This document shows positions 1 to 12,000 of a stretch of 64,000 bases of DNA, piece by piece; the stretch's first letter is position 1, and every line of letters begins with the position of its first letter. The notes under the pieces are model-generated. The model did no database searches and had not been told where the DNA came from. It saw only the letters and a list, made by a program, of their open reading frames with translations. Position numbers and translations under genes: made by a program. The stretch comes from Vicugna vicugna (lineage: Eukaryota), in assembly GCA_013265495.1 (NCBI GenBank), contig MU058198.1:2120419-2184418 (forward strand), written 5' to 3'.

Positions 1-940
1 TGGGTAGTATGGACATTTTAACAATACTAATACCCCCATCAATTAACACAGGTTGTCTTTCTACTTATTTGCATCTGCTTTAATTTTTTACTCAGTATAT
101 CATGGCTTTTAGTATACAAGTTTTAAAGTTTCTTGGTTAAGTTTATTCCTAACTACTTTATTGTTTTTGATGCTGTGTTTTCTTACTCTCCTTTTTCAGA
201 TAGTTCATTTTTTGTATATAGAAATATAATGATTTTTGTATGTTGATTTTGCATCCTACAACTTTGATGAATTCACATATTTCTAACAGAAGTAAGTGTG
301 TGTGTGTGTGTCTATGTGTGTGTGTGTGGAGCCTTTAGGATTTCCTAAATCTAAGATTATGTCACCAGCAATAAAAATTACTTTACTTCTTACTTTCTGA
401 TTTGATGCTGTTTAATTCTTGTCCTTGTCTAATCTATAATCAGGATTCCCAGTACTATGTAGAATAGAAGGGACAAAAGTGGATATTCTTGCCTTATTAC
501 AGATCTTAGAGGAAAAGCTTTCAGTTTTTCACCATTGAAAATGTTTACTATGGCCTTTTTATGTAGGGCCTTTATTGTTTTGAGTTACTTCTATACCCAA
601 TTTGTTGAGAATTTTTATCATGAAAGGATGTTCCCTCTTGTCAAATGTGTTTTCTATAAATCCTAAGGTGATTGTGTGATTTTTTTCCTTTATTTATAGT
701 AATGTGGTATATCATGTTGAATGATTTGCTTATGTTGAACCATCCTTGAATCCCAGGGATAAATCACATTAGCCATTGTATATGATCCTTTTAGTGTGCT
801 GGTAAATTCAGTTACCTAATTTTCTTGAGGATTTTTGCATCTACATTCATCGGGGATATTGGCCTGTACTTTTCTTGAGATGCCTGACTTTGGTATTAAG
901 GTAACGGTGGCCTCATTAATTGAATTTGGAAGAGTTCCAC
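1..940 (-). mobile_element. Old LINE-1 ORF2 fragment
   Basis: Typical antisense L1 text (gggtagtatggacattttaacaat; gatcttagaggaaaagctttcag; ttgaggatttttgcatcta); resumes at ~1770. Confidence 0.85.
296..328. repeat. (TG)n microsatellite, interrupted
   Basis: direct reading. Confidence 0.95.
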
Positions 941-945
941 TGTAT

Positions 946-1526
946 TGTGTTAGTCTCGGCCTATTGCTAGTGATGCTATCAGCTAAGAATGTTTGGGGGC
1001 GCTACCTGAGCCCATACTACATGTGGTGAGCCCTGACAGATGCTTCTCCAAATGGAGTCAGTGTTGTGGCTGGACCTCCCTTGTGGTTCTTATTAAATCA
1101 TAATAAGACACCTCAGCAGTAACCATCAGGAGACTTTGAAGAAACAGTGTTTATTACTCACAGTCCTGGAGAGTACATAGCACACCTGGGGTCACACAGT
1201 GATCGTGGGTAGAGGAGAGAGCAGGGACCAGGAGTTCTTCCTTTATTGGGGCTGAGGATGGGGTGTCTAGAGTTTGATGGGCTCACTCTTTATTGGTGAA
1301 TTCAAAATATAACAGCAGAAATTAATATGTAAAAGTGTAGGAAGGGAAACACAGGGTCATTCAAATGGTCAGTTAGGTCACTAAGACTTTCTAATAATGG
1401 AACTTCATGTGTGGGGTGGCCTGGCTGTTAATCTAGTTGTGTAATTGGCAGTATGTTTGTTCGAGATGGATGTCTTTGAAATGGGTGCCTCAAGAATCAA
1501 AAGCTTAATTCTTGAGAGTCTGTACA
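946..1526 (-). mobile_element. ERV-class LTR-like element interrupting the L1
   Basis: GC-richer block starting TG, with tttattactcac (reverse polyA signal) typical of antisense LTRs; family and right boundary uncertain. Confidence 0.6.
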
Positions 1527-1769
1527 TTTAGACTAAATTTGTATTTACACTGTCTTTATGACAAGTGCGTGAAAAAATGTTAATATACTATTGGATTCTA
1601 TAATTTCTCTTTTAAATTTGGCTTGTACCAGGACTAAAAACCTCAATTTTATGTTCATGTCAGTGGGGATATTTTTAAATGTCTACATTCTTTTAACTGT
1701 TAGAAGACCAAAAATAATTGTATTACAATCAAAAAAAGGTAACTGTCAAGTACTTACACTACATTTCAT

Positions 1770-4700
1770 ATTCTTCTATTTTTGGAATAGTTTAAGAAGT
1801 ATTCACATTGATTCTTCTTTAAATGTATGGTACAATTCACCTATGTAGTCATGTTATCTTAAACTTTTTTGTTGGAAGTTTTTTTAATTACTGACTCAAT
1901 CTTCTAAGAAGAACATAAAACTATTACTGTCTATTTTAATCTGATAATTCAATTTCAATTCCATCCAAAAACTAAACTTTTACTCCCCCACACCCTTAAA
2001 TTATATATATATGTCTGAATTTACTTCTTTCTATGTAGTGTAGCCATTAACCATTTTTTGTGGTTATAGTTATTCTTAATACTTTTGTGTTTTAACTTTT
2101 ATAGTGAGGTTAAACACTATATTTCACCCTTATAGTATTACATTATTCTGTATTGATCTTATGTTTTTACCTTTACCTGTGAGATTTATACTTTGATATG
2201 CTTCCGTGTTGCCCTTTATCCTCCTTTTGTTTCAACTTGAAGAACTCTCTAAGGTGCTAAAGCACATTTCTAATAGTGATGAACTCCCTCACTCTTTGTT
2301 AGCATGGGAAAGTCTTTATCGCTCTTTTATTTATAAAGAACATTTTTTGTCAGTGATAGTATTCTTGGTTGGCAGTGTTTTGCAGGCAGTACTTTGAATG
2401 TATCATCCAATACTTTCCTGGTCTTCAAGGTTTCTACTAAAGAATCCATTCACGGTCTTATATAATTTCCCTTTTAAGTGACAATTCACTTTTCTCTTGC
2501 TGCTTTCAAAATTCTCTTTGTCTTAATATCAAAGTTTAATTTTAACATGTCTCAGCGTAAACCTTTATGTTTAACCTATTTGAGATGTTTTGGGCCTTTA
2601 AATCTGGATGTCCATATGCCTTCTGAGATTTTATTTTTTTAAATAAACTTAGTGTCTCTTTCTGTCTCTTCTTTCCTTCTGGAACTCCCACAATGCATAA
2701 ACTGATTTTCTTCATATATTCCATATGTTCTGTAGGCTTTTTCACTATTAAAAAAATTTTTTTTCTTTTAGTACTTCAGACTGGATAATTTTTAATTACC
2801 TATCTTCAAGCTTGCTGATTCTTCTGCTTGATCAAGTCCCGTGCTGATGCTCTCTATTGAATTTTCCATTGAGTCATTATCATTGGCTTCTGTAGTTCCA
2901 CGATTTCATTTGGTTCTTCTTTATGGGTTCTATCTTTTTCTTGAACTTCAATTCATTCATTTATTGTTTTCCTGGTTTCCTGTATAGTCAATCCACATTC
3001 TCTTACAGCTCTCTGGGCTTTTTAATGATTACTTTGAATTCTTTTTCAAGGAGTTTATAGATCTCTCCATGTCTTTAGGTTTGGTTACTGGAAGTTTTTT
3101 GGGTTTTGTTTTAACAGAGTCAGCAAATATATTTGTTAACACTACTACCAATTTGGAGTGGAGTTTCATTTTGATCCTTTTGGTGGTATCATGTTTTCCT
3201 GATTCATGGTTCTTATAGCTTTGCATTGTTCTCAGCAAATTTGAAGAGGCAGTAAACTCTTCTAGTCCTTATCAACAGGGAAAGCCCTTTATTGGTGCCT
3301 GCTCTGAGATGGCAGGATCCATGGATTAGCCAGGTAGCAGGGTCTATATGGAGGCCAGACACCTGGGTTTACAGGGAGGCAATCCTGGTGCCAGAGTCTG
3401 CAGATGGTTGGGCATGGTCCCAGGGTCTGTGGGTAAGTCTGATGCTGAAGTCCACAGGTGAGCCTGCTTACTCCACTTGTCTTTCAGTTCATGTTTGCCT
3501 GATATAGTTTCCCCATTTTTTGCTATTAACCTATTTGTGTCTTTATATTTAAAGGGGCATTTTTTTGTCTATGTATAGACAAATGTAAGCTTAGTTCATG
3601 CTCTTTATCCAATCTGATAATCTCTGCCTTTTAATTGGTGTGTCTGTATTATTTATACTTAATGTGCTTATTGATTTATTGATATGGTTTATATTTATCA
3701 TTCTACTATTTTATTTTTGTTTCTACCATATATTCTTTGTTCTCCTTTTTTTTCTGCTTTCTCTTCGATTAATTACTTTTCTGAGATTCCACTTTATCTC
3801 AGTTTTATCTATTAACTATAAAAGTTTGTTTTGATATTTTAGTGGTTTCTACTTGATGTATCATACAACTTACTACAGTCTGTCTTCATATGATATTATG
3901 CCATTTCACATAGTATACTCATATTTTTACACTCAGAGACTTCATGCTATTATTGTTGAACATTTACTTATGCATGTGTTACAAAACCAGCAATATATCA
4001 TTATCATTGTGCTTAATTTTTCATTTATATTTTAAGAAACTTGAAAAGAAAGAGCTATGTATTTACCAATGTAGTTAATATTTCCTGTGCTATCCATTTC
4101 TTTGTTTATACCTAGATTTCCATCTGGTATCATTTCCCTTCTTCCTGATAGACTAGCTTTAACATTTCTTTTTGTGCTGGTCTGGTAGTGATTAATTCTT
4201 TCAGAATTTCTATGTCTAACATCTTTATTTTACCTTCATTTTTGAAAGATATTGTCACTGGATATAGAATGTTAGCTTAAAAATGCTACTCACTTATCTT
4301 TTGTACACCCATTGATTCCAATCAAATGTCTGCTTTCATTTTTACCTTTTTTTCCCCCACATATGTAGTTCTTTTTTTCAAAGCATTTCTTTAGCAGTGC
4401 TTTGTGCAATTTGAGGATGTTGTTCCTTGAGGGTAGTTTCCTTCTTGTCCTTCGGTTCCGTTGAGTGTTCTTCCTGAATGTGTAGGTTTATCATTGTCAT
4501 TAAATATGGAAAATTTTTCGCTATTATATGTTCAGTTATTTTTATGTCCCAAATCACTTCAGGGACACTAACACACCTTTATTATGCCACTAGAAGTTGT
4601 ATCTCAGCTTGTTGTTGCTTTTTTCTTTTACATGATCATTTCTGCAGTTTGTTTTCTCTTGTTTCTATTGCTGTGTCTTTAAATTAACTCTTTTTTTTTC

Positions 4701-4990
4701 TTTTGTGGTGTCTAGTCTGCTATAAATCCCATCAAGTATATTTTCATTTTGGAAATTATACTCATCTCTAGAAATTTTGTTTGTTTTTAAAATAACTTCT
4801 ATATCATAACTTTTTCAATGGGTGGCACACATATATAATAATCATTTTGATGTGTTTGCTCATTTTAACAAGTATGTCAGTTCTAGGTTGATTTCAGTTG
4901 GCTGGTTTACTCATTATAGGTCATCTTTTCCTGCTTCTTTACATTTTGGGGTTCTGGGTATTTCTGTATTCCACAAAATACTCTTGATCT
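1770..4990 (-). mobile_element. Degenerate LINE-1 fragments (ORF2/ORF1/5' region; at least two elements)
   Basis: Minus-strand ORF 2542-2745 has the L1 ORF1 motif IVGVPEG...SLFKKI; antisense ORF1/inter-ORF text. Confidence 0.75.
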
Positions 4991-5108
4991 TTGTTTTTCT
5001 AGTTTGGATTTGCCAATGAGAGAAATTTACAAATAGACACATAGGCAGATTTTAGATTCACCTAGGTGAGTACTTGAGAACCACAGGCTGTCTAATTTCA
5101 GACTGAGA

Positions 5109-5299
5109 TTGTTAACTCTCAAATAACGTGGGCTTAAACTGCAGGGGTCCACTTCTATGTGGATATTTTCCAGTAGTAAACACTACATTTCTACATGATC
5201 CTTGTTTGGTTGAATCACAGATAAGGAGGAACTGCAGAGACACAGGTTGACTATAAATTACATGCAGATTAACCCCCACATTTTCAAGGATCAGCTGTA
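5109..5299. mobile_element. Tigger2a/MER8-like TcMar DNA transposon fossil
   Basis: aactgcaggggtccacttctatgtggatatttt near one end and ttcaaggatcagctg-TA at the other resemble Tigger2 termini. Confidence 0.75.
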
Positions 5300-5323
5300 G
5301 TGGGAGTTTCCAAGAGACCTGTC

Positions 5324-5525
5324 AGAAGAGTTGTCAAACATGTTTTGTAAAGGACTGAATAAATGTTTTAGGCTCCATGGGCCACATACAGTTTCTGTCA
5401 CGTATTCTTTTTTGGTTTGTTTGTTTGTTTTACCAAGCCTTTAAAAGTATAAAAATCTGTTCTTAGTTCACTGGCCAAAACAAAACAAAACAGATAATGA
5501 GCTGTATTTGAGTTAACAGACTCCT
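5324..5525. mobile_element. MER58-like hAT-Charlie fossil
   Basis: gtaaaggac...aaatgttttaggctccatgggccacatac...ctttaaaagtataaaaa...ttcttagttc. Confidence 0.65.
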
Positions 5526-5931
5526 CAGAATCTCAAGAATTTCTGGATGTACTTATCAGTCACTAAAATTCTGACTTAAATCATGGCATCAGTTTTTCTG
5601 ACCATGGGTGGCAGCTTCTGTGAGCTTCCCTAGCTCTTGCTACAGTTGAGTAAGCCCATAATTACATGATACTGTTCATACATAGAATACAGAGAAATCT
5701 CCACTTTACTTACCAAATTTAGATAGATATACATACTACTGGGACTTCACCTTTATTTCAACTAGTATACAAACTAGTTCACCTGCAAATATTATTCCTT
5801 GTTCACAGCATCATCTTTTTACATTGTGAGTTTATGATATGGTATTTCTTCTAAGGATAAAAGATACAAGTGTTTATCATTTGTTAACTGATAGTGACAG
5901 ATACCAAGTTATTCTTTTCTTTATTCCACAG

Positions 5932-6049
5932 GAATTTGGTGACAAAGTAGCAATAAACAACATGTCTTTGAATTTATATAAGGGACAGATCACTATTCTT
6001 CTAGGACAGAATGGTGCAGGAAAAAGCACAACCTTGTCTATTCTTACAG
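5932..6049 (+). CDS. ABCA16: ABCA exon, NBD1 Walker A ([40 protein letters not shown])
   Basis: ttccacag| acceptor, ACAG|gtatgc donor; 118 nt, phase 0 to 1. Confidence 0.95.
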
Positions 6050-9000
6050 GTATGCATTCAGCTCTGTCCAGAGCACAAGTCAGATCCCTTTTAAAACTGT
6101 AAACCAATCTACAATTTGTAGTCTTGAGTATATTGTCATTTCAGTCTTGTAGTTATTATTACAGTTTCAATTATTTAAAACCAAGGCGCTCCAAGTGATA
6201 TAATAAATTTATTTATTCAGTTAAAAATTTGTATGCCAATTTTTTTATAGGATTGATAATACAATGGTGATTTCAAAGTTCTTTTTTTTTTTGATTTCAA
6301 AGTTCTTAACACTTAGTTTTATACTCTGGTAGAGATACTCACAAGAAACTTGAAACATACAACAAACCATAAGTAAGAAGGGAGATGTAGGATGCTATTC
6401 CCTCAGTAGAATGATATCTAACCTGATTTGGGGATGAATAGGGAAGTGACATCAAATGTGAGTCAAATAGGAAGTATAAAGAGCTATGAAGGGAAGGGAA
6501 GAAGAATATTACAGGTATAAGCAAAGAATAGGAAACTTAAAGGCAGGGACCATCTATATGACTAGACCAAAGAAGGAATTTAAATAATAGCAAAAGATGA
6601 ATCCAGATGAATAAGCAAAAGGTCAAATCATAAAGGTTTGGGAAGCCATGCTATCAAGTTTAGAATCTATTCTGAGAGCACTGACAAGCCATGGGAGATT
6701 ATTTTACGAAGGTTTATACTTTAGAAATATTGCACTCACCAGAAAGGAAGAATGGATAAGGAATACTAAGACCACTAGAACAATGAATTCCCATGTTGTG
6801 GGTGAGGTTAGTGTTAAGTCCTAGAGGCTAGAGCTGGGCTAAGCCTAGTAGTTGAGATAAAATAGCCTCTCCTTGATACAAAAGTGATACCAAAACTAAG
6901 ACAGGAGGGGCAGACACTATTCATATTCTCTGCTGTTCTATATATTTGAACTGACTCCCTCTAAATCTCAATTAAAACTCTTCTTAAAAGAATGACTGCC
7001 TAGCTAACATCAGAAGGTTATGATTTGAATTACTGTTACCTTCATGATAATATATGCAATATACATATGCTGTACATAAGTTATCCTGGGACCCAATCCA
7101 TGCTTAATTTTTTTCTTTTTGTGGTGAGAACATTTATTTATTTATTGAAGTATAATTGGCTTAAAGTACTACTTTAGTTTCAGGTGTACAACATAGTGAT
7201 TAAATATTTTTATACATTATGAAATGGTCACCATGATAAGTCTACTAATCATCTGTCATCATACAAAGTTATTGCTATATTACTGACCATATTCCTTATG
7301 CTGCACATTTCATACCCATGACTTATTTATTTTATAACTGGAAGTTTGCACCTCTTAATCTCCTTCACCTGTTTCACCCATTCCCCCAAACCCCCTCCCC
7401 TCTGGAAATCACCAGTTTATTCTCTGTATCTATGACTGTTTCTGTTTTGTTATGTTTGTTTGTTTTGTTTTTTAGATTCCACATATAAGGGAAGTCAGAT
7501 GGTATCTGTCTTTCTCTTTATGACTTATTTCCCTTAGGGTGATACCCTCTAGGTCCATCCATGTTGTTACAAATGGCAAGATTTCATCCTTTATGGCTGA
7601 GTAATATTCCATTATAGATAGATAGATCGATCGATCAATCGATCTCATATCTTCTTTATCCACTCATCTATCAATGAATACTAGGTTGCTTCCATTATAT
7701 CTTAGCTATTGTAAATAATGCTGCAGTGAACATGGAGGTGCATATAGCTTTTCAAATTAGTGGTTGTATTCTCTTTTTTAATTTTTTGAGGAACCTTCTA
7801 TTTTTAATTTTTTGAGAAACCTTCACACTGTTTTCCATAGTGGTCATACCAATCATATTCCCACCAACAGTTCATGAGGGTTCCCTTTATTCCACATCCT
7901 TGCCAACACTTGTTATTTCTTCTCTTTATTTCTTTTTATAATAGGCCATTCTGACAAGTGTGAGGTGCCATGCTTTACATGTTATTTAAGAATACATATT
8001 ACGCACTTTCCCATCTACATATGCTCATGCCCTTTCTCTCATTGGAAATGTCTGAATCAACTTTCTATCTATTGAAGTCCTATCTATACTGCAAATGCAG
8101 CGCAAAAGCAACCATCCAGGGCAAAATGGCAGAGGAGGTAGTGCCAAGTTTCAGTATCGTCACAGACTAAATAGATGAAGGAGGTCAAAAGGTACAAGCT
8201 TCCAGTTATAAAATAAACAAGTCATGGGATTGTGATTACAGCATGGTGACTACAGTTAAATTTGAAAGTTGCTAAGAGAGTAAATCTTAAAAGTTCTCAT
8301 CATAAGAAAAAAATGTAACTATGTATGGTACTGGATATTAACAAGACTTTTTATCTTGATCATTTCATAATATGTACAAATCTAAAATCATTATGATATA
8401 TACCTGAAACTAATATAATGTTAGATGGCAAAGACATCTCAATTAAAAATTATATTTTAGATACAATAAATGATTGATAGGGTTTAAATCGCTTTATAGT
8501 TTCTTTCTTACATATTGCCAAATGAGGAATCCTGGACTTGTTATTAATATTTAAATTTCTTGAGAATAGTTATATATTCCAGATCTCTATGATTTTCATA
8601 GCATCTGCACAGTACCTAATGTGGTTCACAAATATAGTAACTGGCTGATTGCAATGCAAATACACTGAAATATAGCAAATTATTTAAAATTTTATTACCA
8701 ATATAATCCATACCCATTGTAGAAAATAAATATACACAAGCAAAAAAAGAAAGGAAAAAGAAAATTTAGGTAGATAGGTATAACTTGATATTTTCCTGTA
8801 AGTATTCTTCTGCAGGAGACAGTGCTAATTCCTTTGAGTAATTCACAAATAGATTGAATTTGAGATGCTAACTTGCACCATCTTATGTTCTCTCACCAAA
8901 GCTCAGCTTTTGTCACGTCTTTGGCTTATTTGTAGGTTGTTACCCTCCTACGAGAGGAGAGGCCTATATTGATGGATATGACATCACAAAGAACATAATT

Positions 9001-12000
9001 AAGATTCGAGAAAGCTTGGGCTTTTGCCCACAGCATGACTTGTTGTTTAATGATTTGACACTATCAGAACACCTTTTTTTCTACTCTGTGGTGAGTCAGA
9101 TTGTTTTTAATTGTACAGGAAATTCAACTTATTTCTTTTTATATATTGATCTATGAACTTTAACCTATTTAACCAACAGCACAATCAGGATACAAAACAG
9201 TTTCATCACCCTCAAACACTCCCTCATGCTATTCCTTTGTAGTCATCCCTTTCCCCTCTCCCCAGGTAACACCACTGGTCTGTCCTTTATCACAGCTATT
9301 TTGTCTTAAGAATATCACGTAAATGGAATCATATAGTATGTAATCTTCAGAGATTATCTATTTACACAGAGCATAGTGCCTTTGAGATCCATCTGTGCTG
9401 TTCCATGATCACCAGTGGATTTCTTTTAATTGCTGAATAGTATTTCATGTTTGGCTTTAACAGTATACCAACTGAAGGACACCTGGGTTGTTTCCAAGCT
9501 TGATGAGTGTAAATAAATCTGTTCTGAGTTTCATATACAAATATAAGTTTTCATTTCTTTCAGAGTAGGATTACTAGATGATATAAATTATAAGAGTTCA
9601 ACTTTATTCGAAACTGCCAAACTCTTCCAGACTGGCTGTACATTTTGCACTCCTACGAGCAATGTATGAGAATTCTAAGTGCTCCACATACTTGCCAGAA
9701 TTTGGTCTTAATACCTTTTAAAAATTAACCACTCTAATAGATGTGTAATTCTATCTAATCATGGTTTTAATTTGCATTTCATGCAAGCTAATGATGTTGA
9801 TCATCTTTCATGTGGTTATTTGCCATTTTTATAGCCTTTTTGGTGACTTATTTGTTCAGACCCTTTGTCCTTTTTTAAAAATATGGGCTGTTTGTTTCCT
9901 TATTATTTAATTTTTAAGAACTCTTTATATATTCTAGATATGTCCTTTGTTGGATATGTGCTTTGCAAATATTTTTCCCAAACTATAGCTTATCTTTTCT
10001 TTTCTTGAAAATGTTTTTTGCAGGGCAAAACTTTTTAAATATTGAAATCCAATTCTTAATGTTCTAGCCCTTTACTATCTTTTCTAGAACTCTGTGCCTA
10101 ACTCCAGGACATGAAGATTTTATTTTGTATTTTCTTCCAAATTTTTGTAGTTCTACATGTTACACTGTGATCCATTTCAAGTTAGTCTTTTTATAAAGAT
10201 CTACAGTTTAGTTCATTTTTCACATATATGTATAACTAATTGTTCTAACACCTTTTTTGAAAGTACTATTCTCTCATCTTTGAGTTGTTTTTTGCACACT
10301 TGTCAGAGATTAAATGGTCGTATTTCTATGGCTTATTTCTGAACACTATTTTCTCTCTTTTCTGTTCCATTAATCTGTGTGTATATCACTTTACAAATAC
10401 CACACTGTCCTAAGTAGTATCGCTTTACAGTAGGTCTCAATATAGATAGTGCTGTTCATCCAACTATGTTTCTTTTCCTAAAGCATTTTAGCTATTACAG
10501 CCGCTTGGCCCTTCCTGAAATTATTTTGTGTTATCTTTTATATATCTGTGAAAGTTCTGCTGTAGTTTTGATTGGTATTACATTAAGTCTATATATCATG
10601 TTGTTGAAAACTAACATTGCTACTACGTTGAGATTTCAAATACTTGACCACAATATCTCTCTCCACTGAATTAGGTCTTCAGTTTCTTTTATCACCATTT
10701 CTAGTTTTGAGTACACAGATTCAATACCTATTTTCCTAGATATGTGTGTATGTGCATGTTTCATTTTATTATATGGAGCTTTACTTTTTTTTCACTTCCA
10801 GTTGTTGATTTATTGTACACAGAAAAATGACTGATATTTGTGTGTTGACCTATTATCCTCTGACCTTGCTAAGCTCACTTACTAGGTTTAGGAGTGTTTT
10901 TTGTAGTTTCCTTGGTTTTATACATAGACAATCATGTCATCGGAGAACAGGGAGAGTTTCTTTTTTGTATGCCAGTCTGTATGCCTTTTATTTCTTTTTC
11001 TTACCTTTTTCAATGGTTAGGAACAGTATGCTGTTGAGTATGATTATTGAGAATGGGCATTCTTGACTTGTTTTGATCTCAGGAGGAAAGCACTGTCTTT
11101 CAGCATTAAGGGTTTTTTGGGGGTTTTTTTGTATATACCCTTTATCACCTTTAAGGAAGTTGTTTCTATTCTTAGTTTGCTGGGAGTTTTTATTATGAGT
11201 GAATGTAGTATATGATCAACGGCTCTTCCTGTGTCTATTAATGACTGTGTGGTTTTTCTTCTTCTTTAGACTGTTAATGTGGTAGATTACACTGATTGAT
11301 TTTCAAATATTGAAACAGCCTTACAGATGGAGAATAATCCTCACTTGGTCATGGGATTTTTTAATTCATCACTCAGTTTGATTTGATAATATTTTGTTCA
11401 GAACTAAGTTTGTGAAGGCTATAATTAGCCTGTATCCTTTTTGCTTTGCCTTTGTCTGGTTTTAGTATCAGGATAGTACTGGCTTCATAAAATGAGGTGG
11501 GAAGTGTTCCTTTCTTTCATATTTTCTGGAAGAAATTGAAATTTATTTTATTTTATTGATTATTAATTTTATTTCTTCTTAAATGTTAAGTAAAGTAAAA
11601 CCATCTGCATCTGGAGATTTATTTTTTGATGTTTTATCACTATATTTTCATTTTTATTCAGTTCAAAATATTTTCTATATTTCTTGAGACTTCTGTGACT
11701 CATAGATCATTTACAAGTTATTTTCTTTAATGTCAAGTGATGAAAAGTTGTCCCGTTTTCTTTCTGTTATTTTAATTTAATTCTATATTGGTCAGAGATC
11801 ATATTTGGTGTTTATTAAACGTTTTTAAATTGCTATGCTTTTATGACTTACAATATGGTCTATCTGATGACTGTTCTATACACACCTGAGAATGTTTTCT
11901 GCTCTTTGATTGGAATTTTCTGTAATTTTCTGTAAACATCAGCTGATTCAGTAACTTGAGGTTGTTTGGTTTTTCTGTTATATTTGTTGATTTCTGTCTA

